Assembly (NCBI RefSeq): GCF_035594765.1
Contig: NC_085846.1
Span: 21,563,190 to 21,627,189, forward strand
Origin: Anolis carolinensis
Lineage: Eukaryota
Length of the DNA stretch: 64,000 nucleotides
Direction of reading: 5' to 3'
Positions 11,001-23,200 of this stretch are shown here, piece by piece. A program made the translations under genes and the position numbers. Numbering within the stretch: the stretch's first letter is position 1; the number at the start of each line of letters is the position of its first letter. A model generated the notes under the pieces. That model was given only the letters and a program-made list of their open reading frames with translations, was not told the origin of the DNA and ran no database searches.

Positions 11001-14000
11001 TGCAGAGAGCCATAGGCAATGGCATGCGGATAGAGGTCTGGAAGGAATTCCTCCGTCGATTTGGATTCCTGCAAATCTATGAGTTCTATGGAGCGACTGA
11101 GGGGAATGTTGGGTTCATTAACTACACTGGGAAAGTTGGAGCTGTGGGAAGAACTCACTTCCTTCACAAGGTAATGAAGTGGAAGATGATTCATGATTGG
11201 AGATGTGATTGGTTAGGAGGAATCCTGCTATTATCTGCATTCCGTGAACAAAATCCTGCAGATATTGGCGTTTGAGTGTATAAATCGATAAGAGACTTGA
11301 GAGGAATCTTCTGAAGGTTGTATAGAAAAATTGTGGCAGCATTAATATGGGATTATGAAGTTACTTTTCCTGCTTTAAGGATTTGCTGTAATTCCTATAC
11401 TAGAATAATAAACTCACAGGTCATGTGAGTCGTTCATAAAATACATTCTGCTGCTTGCACAGGAACTTCTGCCTTTGGACTGACATTTCCATTTCATGTT
11501 TGTTCCATTTCAGAAAATGACAATGTTTGAAATTGTTAAATACGATGTTGACCAGGATGAGCCAGTAAGAAACGAGAAAGGGCACTGCATCCCAGTAGCT
11601 GCAGGTAAGTTTGCAAAATCAGCATGCATATATAGATTGGAGTTATACTAAATATAGTATTATTTTTAGATGTCCTCTTCCTCTATACAAATGATTCTGT
11701 ACATTAAGTGCAAACTCATTCTTTTAATGACAGCCCCTATGGAAAAAGATGGAAAGCCATGAGGATGCTAAATAGTTTGTACCAGAACTACATATCCATA
11801 CACACACACACATACCTTAGTGGCCCAGGTAAAGTCATTCTGATTGGTCTGAGAAAATTTAAATGTCAATTGATTAAAAGTTTTACTCATTTAAAAAATA
11901 TCCATTTTTCATTTTTTGGCAGTTGAGAGGGAATTTAGTTAGAAAGTTCAGTTAAGAAGTGAGAAGGGTAGTGAGTTGGGGTGCATCCACACTGTAGAAT
12001 TAATGCAGTTTGACACCTCTTTAACTGCCATGGCCTAATGCTATTTTTAATTGTGTCAGAAACAACTTGAAAACATACTGCAAGTTGCTTCTGATGTGAG
12101 AGAATTGGCCATCTACAGAGATGATGTCCAGGGGATGCCCGGATGTGTTACCATCCTGCTGGGAGGCTTCTCTCATGTCCTCACAAGCTAAAGCTGACAG
12201 ACGGGAGCTCATCCCATCTTGTAGATTCGAACCCGCAACCTTCAGGCCCAGTGTTATGAAATCATAGGAGTCATAGATTTACAAAGTCTTGAGCATTCTC
12301 TGTCAATAGTATCAAGGATCTCATTTATAAGTATAGACTAGAGCAACATATCTTCAGGAGACATTAAACAAATTATAGCCACAGAAATGGGACAAGGTAA
12401 CCAATCCTGGGAGAAACTGGCAGCGAAGCCTACAGACTCAAAGGAGAAAGCTGTTTAAACTACTTTTATCCCACCTAGTTTTGTTCTTACATGATTTTAA
12501 TCAAGCACATTACAACCCAGCAGGGAATCAGTGCTGCCGTTTTCTGTTTGAATGTATATGTTGAACAGGAAAACCTTTTCAGTGATCTGTTTTCATATTG
12601 TGATATTTTGCTATCTGAGATGGAACACTAAATTTGCACCTATGTTACTAAACCATGCCCTATGTTAAGGCATGTTATATCCAACATTGGACAGGTTTTG
12701 GTGTCAGTAGCAGAAAATTCCATAAGCACCTATCTTTACCTTTTCCCAGCAATAAAAGCACAAGGGACAGTAAGATAGTACAAAAGGTGCTGTCCTTTGG
12801 TCACATCCAATTGCCTGATTTGACAGCAGGTAAGAAACTGTATAGGTTTTTAATGGATTCTTAGATTAGGCATATATGCTAAATAACATTATGTAACAAA
12901 ATTTGAAATAAATTCTGTTTCTGGTTTGAAAGTGTTATTTCTGTTTAATTGTGTGATACTCACTTTGAAAGTAGTTGTTATACTCCAGAAACTTCATTTT
13001 TGTGGCTGCCACAAATTATGTTGAATTGGTTGAGACTCAACGAGATATTTATTGAAAAACTATTGCAAAATGTGCTGCAGGATGTCTTGCAAAAACAAAG
13101 TTTTTGCAGTTTGATAAACTTTTTTCCATGTATTTGTGATAGAACCAATTAGGAAATGACATTTATAACCCAGGAACAAAAACTGTGTTACATAGTGTAA
13201 TGTAAAAGAAATTCTGTTTCAGCTCACAACCCCTGAAAAAAGAAAATTTCAGCAATGTTCTGCTGAGCAATAATAATAAGGAATGGAACTGATCAATTCA
13301 GACCACTTCCAGTTTTGGTCACATCATTGTCATGATACATGGAATCTATTGTTAATATAATATTTTTCCAGATTATTTGCTAACAAGGCCAGAAAATTAC
13401 AAATGATTGACTAGCTCTTGGCGTAATTGCAAGAGAATGAATGGCCAAGTGTATGGTATTACATTTAGGCAGAAAAAAAGGAATGCACAGATATAGGATG
13501 GATGATATCCATCTTGAAAACAGTCCATATGAAAGAGATCTAGGAGACTTAGCCTCCTTCTACACTGCTATATCCAGATTATCTGCTTTGAACTGGATTA
13601 TATGGCAGTGTAGACTCATATAATTCAGTTCAAAGCAGGTAATGTGGATTATCTGATTTGATAATCTGGGTTATATGGCAGGGTAGAAGGGGCCTCAGTA
13701 GACCATAAACTGACCGTAGGTCAACAATGTGATGTGGCAGCTAAGAAAACCAAAGTGATTCCAGGTTGCATCAATAGGAGCATAGTATCTAGATCGAGGG
13801 AAAGAATATTACGACCTCATTTTGCTTTAGTAACCTGAATACTGTGTCCAGTTATGGGCACCACAGTTTTTGGAGAAGGTACTGACAATGTTTCCAGACA
13901 AGGGTGACCAGTCCACTACATTAAAGGACTGGAATGGCTTAGGGAACAAGGTATGTTTAGCCTAGAGAAGAGAAGGCTAAGAGGAGACATGATCACCATC

Positions 14001-17000
14001 TTTAGATATTTGAAAGGACAATATAGTGAGGAGGAAATAGCTTGTTTTCTGCTGTCCAAAGACTAGGACATGAAACAATGGATTCAAACTACAGGAAAAG
14101 AGATTCCTCCTCAACATTAGGAAGAGTTTGTTCAACTATGGAATACACTGCCTTGGAGTGTGGTAAAGTTTCTTTCTTTGGAGGTGTTTAAGTAGAGGCT
14201 GGCTAGCTATCTGTGAAGAGTGATTTAATGTTATATTCCTGTATGGCAGGGGGCTGGACTGGATAGCCATTGTGATGTCTTCCAACACTATGATTCTTTA
14301 GCTTATTCCTCCGGTTCTTTTTTACTCTGCAGGCGAAACAGGCTTACTAGTGTCCAAGATCACTGAGGTCACCCCGTTTTCAGGCTATGCAGGAGACCGC
14401 AAGAAGACAGAGAAGAAGATTCTTCGGGATGTCCTAAGAAAGGGAGACAGCTTTTTAAATAGTGGTGACCTTCTGATGCAAGACCATGAAGGTTTTATAT
14501 ATTTCCAGGATCGAGTGGGAGACACTTTCCGGTAAGCAACAGAAAACATCTATGGCATGGGTAGAATTTTCTCTTTTGCCTGTATTCACTGTGGTTAAGG
14601 ACTCAGAACCCTGCAGAAGTGGAAATATATTTTTAAAAAGCTACTTTTTTTAACCTGGGAGAATATCTGTCTAGGAGGTATTCTAATGGAGACTGATCAT
14701 AGACTCTTGCCGCAAGAACTAAAGGTGCATGGAAATGTATTCATTTTAGGAATCTTTAGTTTTTCCAGGACAGGATTATGGTCAGCATCATTCTGATGGA
14801 CCTAGAAATTCTGAAAGAGAATGTATCAATCAGATCTGTGAATAATTAAATATGCACAGGTCAAACATGCAAATGTAGAGGGCTGTCCGCATTTCTGTAC
14901 AGCTTTCCAATGCATAAGGATTCCTTAGGCAAAGAAATAATAAAAAAACAAGAAAAAACAAAACAAGAAAAACTAAAGAAAACATATTAAATACTCTTTA
15001 AGAATTCCTAAAAATAAGACTAGAATGCAGTTTTGAAACAATTAAAGCATTACTTTCAAACATTGAATGCCATCACATTTAAAATAATGATGTTGTGTTG
15101 GTGGCGGATGTACCATTGACTATGCTTGAGGATTGCTGTAACCAATGTACACTGCAATAATATACATATGTATATGCCAGTAAGTTAGCCTACCTTTGTC
15201 CAAATGGACTAATTTTCATACACCTGTGTTTATGGTCCCATCTACACAGACACTATAATCCATCTTGAAGCTGGATTGAGGCTGTGATGTCTACAAAATG
15301 TTCACCTCCAATGCAACCTCCAACAAGCATCCAGCCAGAAACTGTACTTTAAAAAACCTCACTGAAAAGCCCAAAATCTGCCACAATATTTGCTATAGAC
15401 AATCACTGTATGGCTGCTATAGAACAGAGATCTACATGTGGAATACACATGAGGGCAAGGCTAGTGCTGGAACATTTGGATAAAAGAACCAGATACATAG
15501 GAAGGTAAACAAACTCCTTCGCCTAGAAAGGAAGTTGTTTTTCTTTCTTGCTTGCTTTGCTTTGAATTGCTGTATTGTAGATCCTTATCAGATAGGATGA
15601 TTCTTTGCACTACATCTTGTCGGATGAGATAGGGAGAAAAATATTTCTTTCAATGGGTTAATCTGCAATCTGTGAATTTGTGTGGACTCCACTCCAGCTT
15701 CAATCTGGTTTCCAGGGTGTCTATGTAGGATCTTTGTATTTAGTGCCTATGTATAAAAACGAATCTGTTTTTCAACATCCTGAATTAGATTAAATCGCTG
15801 TGTGGAAGCACGCTGTCTACATGTATATACATGCAGAATATGTGCATCACCCAGGCAGGTGATGATGTGAATTGGCAAACAAAAAGCAAACCTTTGAGAT
15901 GAATCTCCCATGACTTCTCCCTTGAGTAAGGTGTTATTATTAGCATAAAAGACACAATATTAACAACTCCTCTCTCATTGCAGCTGGAAAGGGGAGAATG
16001 TTGCTACTACAGAGGTTGAGAGGACCTTGGCAGCATTGGACTTCATTGAGGAAGTCAATGTATATGGGGTGCCAGTGCCAGGTGGGTCTCAAATGCAGTT
16101 ATTTTTATCACATCTTCGTGATGCCCTATTTAATGTCCAAATGTATGACATGGGAAAGCTGTGACATCAGTACCTGATATCATAGTTAGGAATTTTTATT
16201 CCAAGTATTTTTATTATTATTCCAAGAACGTTATTATTCTAGCTGTTAAATATACTGATGTACTATTGTTTTTGGAACAGTGATCATTAGGCGCATCTAT
16301 AAGTTACTATTCAAAATTACCTTCTCCCACTCAGTCTTGTACAAAGTAGACCACTTTCTTTAATGCAGGGCTAGACAAATGCTGACAGTCTGGGGAAGCA
16401 TTTATAATGTATTTATTTATTTATTTATTTATTTACAGTATTTATATTCCGCCCTTCTCACCCTGAAGGGGACACAGGGCGGATCACATTGCACATATAA
16501 GGCAAACATTCAATGCCATAACATAGAACAGAGACAGAGACAGACGCAGGCATGGGCGGGACTCGAACAAATCACTCTGACCTCTTGGTCAGAGTGATTT
16601 GTTTCAGCTGGCTGCTAACCAGCCTGCGCCACATATTTAAAGAAATAGAAAAGTGGGAAGGCAAACTGTTTTGATACAAAGTGCCCCTGAACTGGCTCTG
16701 TTTTCCCACCATGGCATTTTAGCTATTTGTCTCGTAATTCACATTTAGTTCCCCACAGGATAAAGGTGCAGTGTGTAGGAAAAAAAAGGGAGGAGGGAAC
16801 CATCCCTTCCTCTTGTAGAAGAAGCAACCCTTGGAGATTTTTCACATTTTTTGTGTGTAATATGTAATCCTATGATTTAAAAAAACAACTCTGGTTTGTT
16901 TCAGGGCATGAAGGAAAGACTGGAATGGCAGCAGTACGGCTGAAAGATGGGCTCTCCTTTGATGGAAAAAAGCTGTATGCACATGCCAAGGATTACATGC

Positions 17001-17690
17001 CAAACTATGCCATACCTCGCTTTGTGCGTCTCAGGGTGAGCATAAGAAAAACATCCAGAATAACACAAAAATTTGAGGGAGACCACACTGCAGATGGAAT
17101 GATTAAATTAAGAAACACAGAGACCAGAGTTTGCAGGACTTGAGCTCATAGAGAAATCTTGGGGGTCTCTTATTCATAGAGATGTCATAAGTCGAAACTA
17201 ACAGAAGGATCAATAAACGCAAATAAGGGCAATTAAGGAGGATGTGCCGTACAATGCCTTTATGGCTCTGATTATAGGCTTCCAGATGGACTCACAGACC
17301 AGCAGGCCTCCAATATAAGCCAACAATCAAAAGATTCAGCCATGGTTCTCCTGCAGGTTTTAGTGTTTGCAACCGGACACAATGAAAATCACCAAAGAAT
17401 TAGGCAGGGAGTTCTTCCAATGTTCAGAGCCAAGTCTCATCCCTCTATTCTACTATATAATGTGACTAAATGATGTAGTCTAATTTGGGCTCCATGGGTT
17501 ATTTTTCTTGCAGGAAGCCCTGGAGATCACTGAAACATTCAAACAACGCAAAGGTCAATTGGTGAAAGAAGGGTTCGACCCAGCCATCATCAATGACCCT
17601 TTATACTTCTTAGATGACTCGGAAAAATGTTACGTGCCCATGACTCAGGAGATCTTCAGCTCCATCACAAAGAAGAAACTGAAGTTGTGA
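2034..17690 (+). CDS. SLC27A2-like: Very-long-chain acyl-CoA synthetase / fatty acid transport protein (SLC27A2/SLC27A5-type), copy 1; exons 2-10, exon 1 upstream of window
   Basis: GT/AG-bounded, phase-compatible exons: 2034-2243 (210 nt), 3938-4096 (159), 10027-10151 (125), 10976-11170 (195), 11514-11604 (91), 14333-14531 (199), 15984-16081 (98), 16905-17035 (131), 17514-17690 (177). AMP-binding motif [25 protein letters not shown] motif [31 protein letters not shown]-terminus -LKL. Orthology (A2 vs A5) not resolved. Confidence 0.95.
3032..3631. mobile_element. Non-autonomous hAT element
   Basis: 14-bp TIR CGGGCATGGGCAAA/TTTGCCCATGCCCG; 8-bp TSD CCATAGAA (3024-3031, 3632-3639). Confidence 0.9.
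4360..4820 (-). mobile_element. CR1 LINE 3' fragment
   Basis: ORF2 C-terminus [39 protein letters not shown]..; (ATTCTATG)n tail. Confidence 0.92.
4919..5241. mobile_element. Tc1/mariner-type MITE
   Basis: TIR CAGTAGAGTCTCACTTATCCAAC / GTTGGATAAGTGAGACTCTACTG with TA on both sides; adjacent (GTA)n microsatellite 4889-4918. Confidence 0.9.
5474..7625 (+). mobile_element. Ty1/Copia pol remnant (protease, integrase HHCC, start of core), interrupted by a hAT element
   Basis: [10 protein letters not shown] (protease), [16 protein letters not shown]...CGIC and [13 protein letters not shown]; the frame is restored when 5967-7499 (insert plus one TSD) is removed; one frameshift near 5680. Confidence 0.88.
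5967..7491. mobile_element. Non-autonomous hAT element filled with a GC-rich palindromic array
   Basis: 11-bp TIR CAGGGCCGGCC/GGCCGGCCCTG; 8-bp TSD TCAATGAT (5959-5966, 7492-7499). Confidence 0.9.
7738..8904 (-). mobile_element. Non-autonomous Helitron
   Basis: Minus strand starts TC(TATATATAT), ends CTAG, subterminal GCCAC..GTGGC hairpin, inserted between A and T, no TSD. Confidence 0.85.
7859..8312. repeat. 112-bp tandem repeat, 4 copies, inside the Helitron
   Basis: Unit starts (agtcag) at 7859, 7971, 8083, 8195, 8307. Confidence 0.92.
9088..9302 (+). mobile_element. Sauria SINE, 5'-truncated
   Basis: tgccaacctagcagtttgaaaacatgc..gcttagaaatggagatgagcacc..(ACCTTT) tail; TSD CTACAAGGTAATAC (9064-9077, 9303-9316). 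Confidence 0.88.
10302..10632 (+). mobile_element. Sauria SINE
   Basis: tRNA-like head (gtggcgcagtgggttaaa..ttcaaatc), same body as other copies, ACCTTT tail. Confidence 0.88.
12057..12250 (-). mobile_element. Retroelement 5' fragment with tRNA-like head (Vingi/SINE-related)
   Basis: Minus-strand B-box ggttcgaatc and gagctcccgtctgtcagct; family assignment from recall only. Confidence 0.45.
12887..13197. mobile_element. Non-autonomous DNA transposon, Chapaev3-like
   Basis: TIR CATTATGTAAC / GTTACATAGTG; 3-bp TSD TAA on both sides. Confidence 0.65.
13425..14297 (+). mobile_element. Degenerate CR1 LINE 3' portion with a nested palindromic MITE (~13552-13675)
   Basis: [19 protein letters not shown], gaagagaaggctaagaggagacatgatc, ttccaacactatgattct tail. 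Confidence 0.85.
16408..16490 (-). mobile_element. L2-type LINE 3' tail
   Basis: (ATTT)n followed by tatattccgcccttctcaccctgaagggg..cagggcggatcaca. Confidence 0.6.
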
Positions 17691-18584
17691 AAGATCTTCC
17701 ACAGGGAAACCAGGAGGAGGTGTAACTGGGAGACTCTTGACCTCTACCTGGGAAAGTGGAAGCTGCCAAACCAGATGATTAAAATCTGCCAACCCGGGGA
17801 ACATGTTCTGATGTATGACAAACCTGTGTACATGAATGGCAGCTGGTGGTTCTCACATGATTGGGATGATGAATGTGCTCTACATTTTACTATGAACTCT
17901 AAAAGAGTTATCTGGCGCCTTATTTGCAGATCATGGATAGCTCATTTTAAAGTTCAAACTAAAACTCAGGGCAGATTTATCATCCTGTTGGCTGCCTCTC
18001 ACTATGTATGTGTGCATGTCTGTGAAATAATCCCTTTGCTTTTTCCTGATGTGTCCACATGGGTTGTTGGTTCTGCATTGTACAGTATATATTGGAAACT
18101 ATGTAGAAGATGCAGTGAGAAGGGTCTGGTGCTCTTCACTGTCTGGAATGCTTTTTCTTCCTATGATTCACATGTGTGTGCTGCACCAACTGATACAAAT
18201 ATAATCATAGGCCAAGTGTGCGACAGCAGATACTTATGGGGAAGTTCGATTTTGCCTACAGGAAGAAGATATCTTTCTCCATTGCCACATTCATATTTAT
18301 TGTGGAGACCCACCTCTGTAACAGATAGAACCATTCTTTTAAATATGGTCACTGAAACTTAGGTGAAGTCACTCTCTGCCTCAGAAGACACAGCAAGATT
18401 TAATTCCCCTTAAATGGCTACACTATGAGTTTCTAGTTTACCTTACCCTAGAAACAATATCACACTATATTATAGAAGCTTTTATGTAGTCAGATTATTT
18501 ACACAGGTAAAATATCAGAAGACCTAGAATAATAATTTGAATAATTACTTCATCACATGCAATAAAATCAGCTTTTCTACTCCT

Positions 18585-18857
18585 CCCCCACCAAACTCTG
18601 CCGCTTGCGTCCTGAACGCAGCGTTTTGGTGACGATGCAAAGCTGCAGGAAGGGATGACCGGCTGGTTGAGGCAGAGTCTGGTGGGGGAGGAGTTGCCAA
18701 GCTCATTCCTCGCTATGATAAGTGCCTAGATTTGAATGATGACTATGTTGAGAAGTAGTATTTGGGTGTGGCTTTCAACAGCATATGGTAAATGTTTTCT
18801 CCTATACTTTGTTCATTTTTAATTCAAAAACGCAATCTACTTTCTGGATAACCCTCG
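18585..18857. mobile_element. Mariner-type element fragment
   Basis: Ends ..ctttctggataaccctcg|TA; homologous to the TIR of 50728-51156. Confidence 0.7.
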
Positions 18858-20258
18858 TATATCTAGCAAGGAAAGCAAATTTGGTGTCCATGAAGGAAAA
18901 CCATGGTGGCAGTCTGAGAAGGGAGGGAGAAGCACTGCACCACTAGTGCTTGCCATTAATTTTTAAATCCCGTCCTCTTCCAAAATGTGAAATTTGTAAA
19001 ATGACTGATTGTTGTGTAAGATGAGAGAGGAAAATGTATTCCAAACCTGGGCATTTTGTTTTCAAAGAGCATCAAACACAATTCCACCTGTTTGCTTGAA
19101 AGAATGTGCTCACTGTTTATGTTTTTGGTGCGATGTGAATTAGCAGAATAGAAAAAAAAAATTAAAATGTTGGAAAAAAATCATAAAATGCTGTGGATGG
19201 CAGAAACTGGATTTCTTAATTGTTACAGTTGCAGTGCTAATCAATAGCTGGTACTTGGTATGTTTCTATAATCTTTTTAGATGTTTCAAAATGTAATGGG
19301 ATATTCAATTTGGGATTGCAAACTCCTAACATCCCCCCATTTTGGGATGTCAGCTAGAAGCTACTGGGATTTGAAGACCAGTAATATTCGGAGAACCAAT
19401 TGATATTGAAATAAAGCATGTAGGGAGCATTCATATTACAGTATTGCTTCCGTATCCATGGGGAATATGTCCCTGGACTTACTATGGAAACATGAAACTA
19501 CCGATAATAGCAACCTGTGTTGAAATGAATGACTATTGGTGGACACTTACTAGGGAATTTCTCTGGAGGACTTGGCAGATGTCTAGAGAGTACACTCTAG
19601 GGTTTTCAGGTCCTCCAGCACAACTCTAGCCTGCTGTTGGCAGACACATATCATATAATTGTACTGGATGACCTAGAAAACACCGCTTTAGTATTTCTAG
19701 TCCTTAAACTTCTGTGGTAGAATGTCTCTTTTTAGGACTTGATGAAGATAGATGGCAATGCGTTCTCTTTGTAAGAACTCTTCACCAGTGGAAGAGATGG
19801 CCACAGAAGGTGGCGGTTCTTTTTCTTTGGAGATCTTTAAACAGAGGTTGGGTGGTTATCTTTCAGGAGGGCTTTAGTTGTGTACAGTACAACCTACTTC
19901 ACTCGTTCAAATTGCGTACAGGGAAGATCCCCATCTGAAATCAGGAGGAACTGTTGACACTGATAAAGGGTTGTACCTAGTTGGCTCATTGTAAGGCATT
20001 CCTGTTCCATGCCAAAGAAGGCATGGGTAGGACTGGTAGGGAGCAAAGAACACAGTACTGATTAGATAAATTAAAGTAACTTGACTGGGATCCAAGTGTG
20101 TTATCGAATCAATCTTCGGGAAGCGAGGGGAGGTGAATGAATTCCATCTCATCCACACTTGCTCGTTTGCTTTTGCCTTCCACGCAAGAGGACAGAGCTT
20201 ACAGTGAGCGAGCGATTGAAGGCTTCTGGTTCACTGGCTCCAACTCCTAATCCTAGCC

Positions 20259-23200
20259 ATGGGGAGCCTGTTTACAGTTGTGGTGGGACTCCTGATCCTT
20301 ATGCCCCTCCTGGGGAATATTTTCTTTCCTTACCTTTGGTTGGATTTATCTTTTCTCTTCACCATGCTACGTGTGGGATATAGGTGGCAGAAACGTATCA
20401 AAAGCAACCCACCCCTTACCGTGCTGGACATCTTCTTGGAGAAAGTCCAGAAACAACCAGAAAAGCCTCTGGTTCTCTTTGAAGAAGAAGTCTACTCCTA
20501 CAGGGACATCGACAACTGGAGCAGTAAAGTGGCCAGAGTGCTACAAAGCCATGTGGGCCTGAAAGAAGGGGAAACAGTGGGTGTTTTCTTGAAGAATGTC
20601 CCTGCCTATCTTTGGATCTGGATGGGCCTGGAGAAGATTGGCTGCACCATGGCCTGCGTCAACTATAACATCCGATCCAAGTCCTTGTTACATGTGATCA
20701 GCTCCTGTGAAGCCAAGGTGCTACTGACAACGCCAGGTGAGGGCTGCCTAGGTATAAGAAATGGTTACAGCAGGAGGGATATGTCTATTCTGTGCTAGTC
20801 ACATGATCACACCTAGCACATACATATCAGGACAAACACCTTTGTTATTGCATATCTCTTCATTTGGGCAATTGTGCTGATTTGCCAAACCAAGGTCCTG
20901 CAATCATCCTTCCACATACCCATGTAACTCATACTTCCTTGGCTTCATATATTTTTTACAGCACTTTCTCAGTGTCAGCAATAATTATTACCAACATTAT
21001 AGAGTTAAATAGTAAGGGAGGGGAAGGGGGGTGGGGAGAATGCCACATACTGATACCTGTCAGCTCTATATGGGGCATTTTTTTCTAACCCCAGTTGAGG
21101 AAGTTAGTGACCCTACTTTGGTACCATCTTAAGAATTCTGGTAACACCTTCATGAATGGCCATTGTTAATCCAGTTTTACAAGATCTTTAGCCTTCTCTG
21201 CCAGAGTGCTGGTTCATCAACAAACTACAACTTCACAGGGTTATATAGCACTGAGCCATGGCAGTTGTAGTGGTGTCAAACTGTATTACTTCTACAGTAT
21301 AGATGCACTCGTAGTAACTTGACCATTTTAACATGTATTTAGCAATTGCATGTGATGGGATTTCTGGGACTTGAAAGCCAAAAACATCTAGGGACCCCAG
21401 GTTGAGAACCACTGCCCTATATGCAAAAGTTACATTGGTGGAAATGGTTCATAAACAATATACTACATAATTTCTAAGTGGGAATTTATATTTTGACCTT
21501 CCAAGACAGGAGAAATTTGTTGGGATTCATCCTGGACTACTCAAGTCTAAATGTAGTCAGATAGATGATAGAGTTAGATTGAGGGAATCCTTCCCCCCCC
21601 CCCTTTCCAAAGCATGCCTAGATAGGATTCACCATTGTTTCCTGGTTCCCATCCTATTTAGGTCAGCCCACCCTTTGATGTTCCTAGAAATGTAATCTCT
21701 CCTAGGGCTTTGACGTAACTTCCCCAATTTGATCCTTTGGAATGTTTATGGCCCTAGAGAAGAAGTGACCAGACCCACGAGGCTGACCGCCATTCCAGCT
21801 TCCTGCTTTGTTCCAGAGAGGACGCACCTCTGTCCTCTATTAGTCAAGATGTAGCCTATCTATAGAGTTTTTTATTTTAATCCGTCTATGTGTATTAGAA
21901 CAGGATAGATCAGTTAGTTAGATCCAAACCTTTTCTATCCATCAATGGATTTCTTTTTACCTCAATAAATGCTTTTAATCTTTAAAGCTAACTTTGCATC
22001 CCTTTTGCCTTCCTGATGACACAGAGGCCTTCCGAAACTCACACTCGCGTAAGTCTCAAGTCTCACCCTGCTGCAATTCTTTACTCTGCTATTTTAATGG
22101 GAATTTGCCTCATAAAAGAGGGTGATTAGAGCTTAACGGCTCTTCCATTCCCAACAAAGGGTTACGGGCCCAGAACACTTGTGAGCAGACAAAGGGTTTT
22201 AATGCCCAGGAGGACGCGGAAGTGCTGAGTAAGGATTTTTAAAGGATTGGCATGAAAAAGGAGCAAAGATTATTTGGAGGTAATTTTTTGGATTTTATTT
22301 GTTGATTTTTGGAGCATCTTAATTTTTGGAAGCTGAAGATGGAAAGGAGACAAGATCCTTTTGTTGCATAATTTCTAAGTGGGAATTTATATTTTGACCT
22401 TCCAAGACAGGAGAAATTTCAAAAAGGAGTGCCTAAAAAGTCAATTCAGATTTCAGTTCTTTTTCTCTTTAAGACTTTCAGGGTGCAATTGAAGACGTCC
22501 TGCCTACTCTAAACAATAAAGGGGTACGCGTTTTCTACCTGAGTGATGACTCTCCAACTGAAGGTGTGGAAGCTTTGCAGGGACAGATCAAAACCAGCTC
22601 AACTGAACCAGTTCCTGCTTCTTTCCGAGCCAACATAACTTCCAAATCAACATCCTTGTATATTTTCACATCTGGAACCACAGGTGAGGACAAAGGATGT
22701 AACCTCAATGACAGACCATGTTGTTGGACTTCAAAATATTTTCCTGATTTTTTATGGCATGCCTTTGCAATGGCCAGTGAGTGGTTTACACCATGCTTTG
22801 CAATTCTTGGTACTTCCAGCTAGAAAAATCAAAGTTTTCAACGCCTTGAAGACTTATCACCAGGCACAGAATTGGGTTGAATGAATGTGTGGTTTGATTC
22901 AGTGGAAGGGAGTTTCAAATTAAATTTGACCCAATCCTCACAGTACATGCAAGCGTATTTTAACCAATGATGTTTCCCAGCCTATTCTCCACTCAAGTGC
23001 ACTTCTGCAAATTTTCCCCTAACATTAAGTCCAGTCGTGTCCGACTCTGGGGGCTGGTGCTCATCTCCATTTCTAAGCTGAAGAGCCGGTGTTGTCTGTA
23101 GACGCCTCCATGGTCATGTGGTTAGAATGACTGCATGGAGCGCCGTTACCTTCCTGCCAGAGTGGTACTTATTGATCTACTCACATTCATATGTTTTCGA

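Noticed and set aside
17775-18362. 195-aa ORF after SLC27 copy 1
   Set aside because: In the presumptive 3' UTR (AATAAA at 18561), no recognisable homology.
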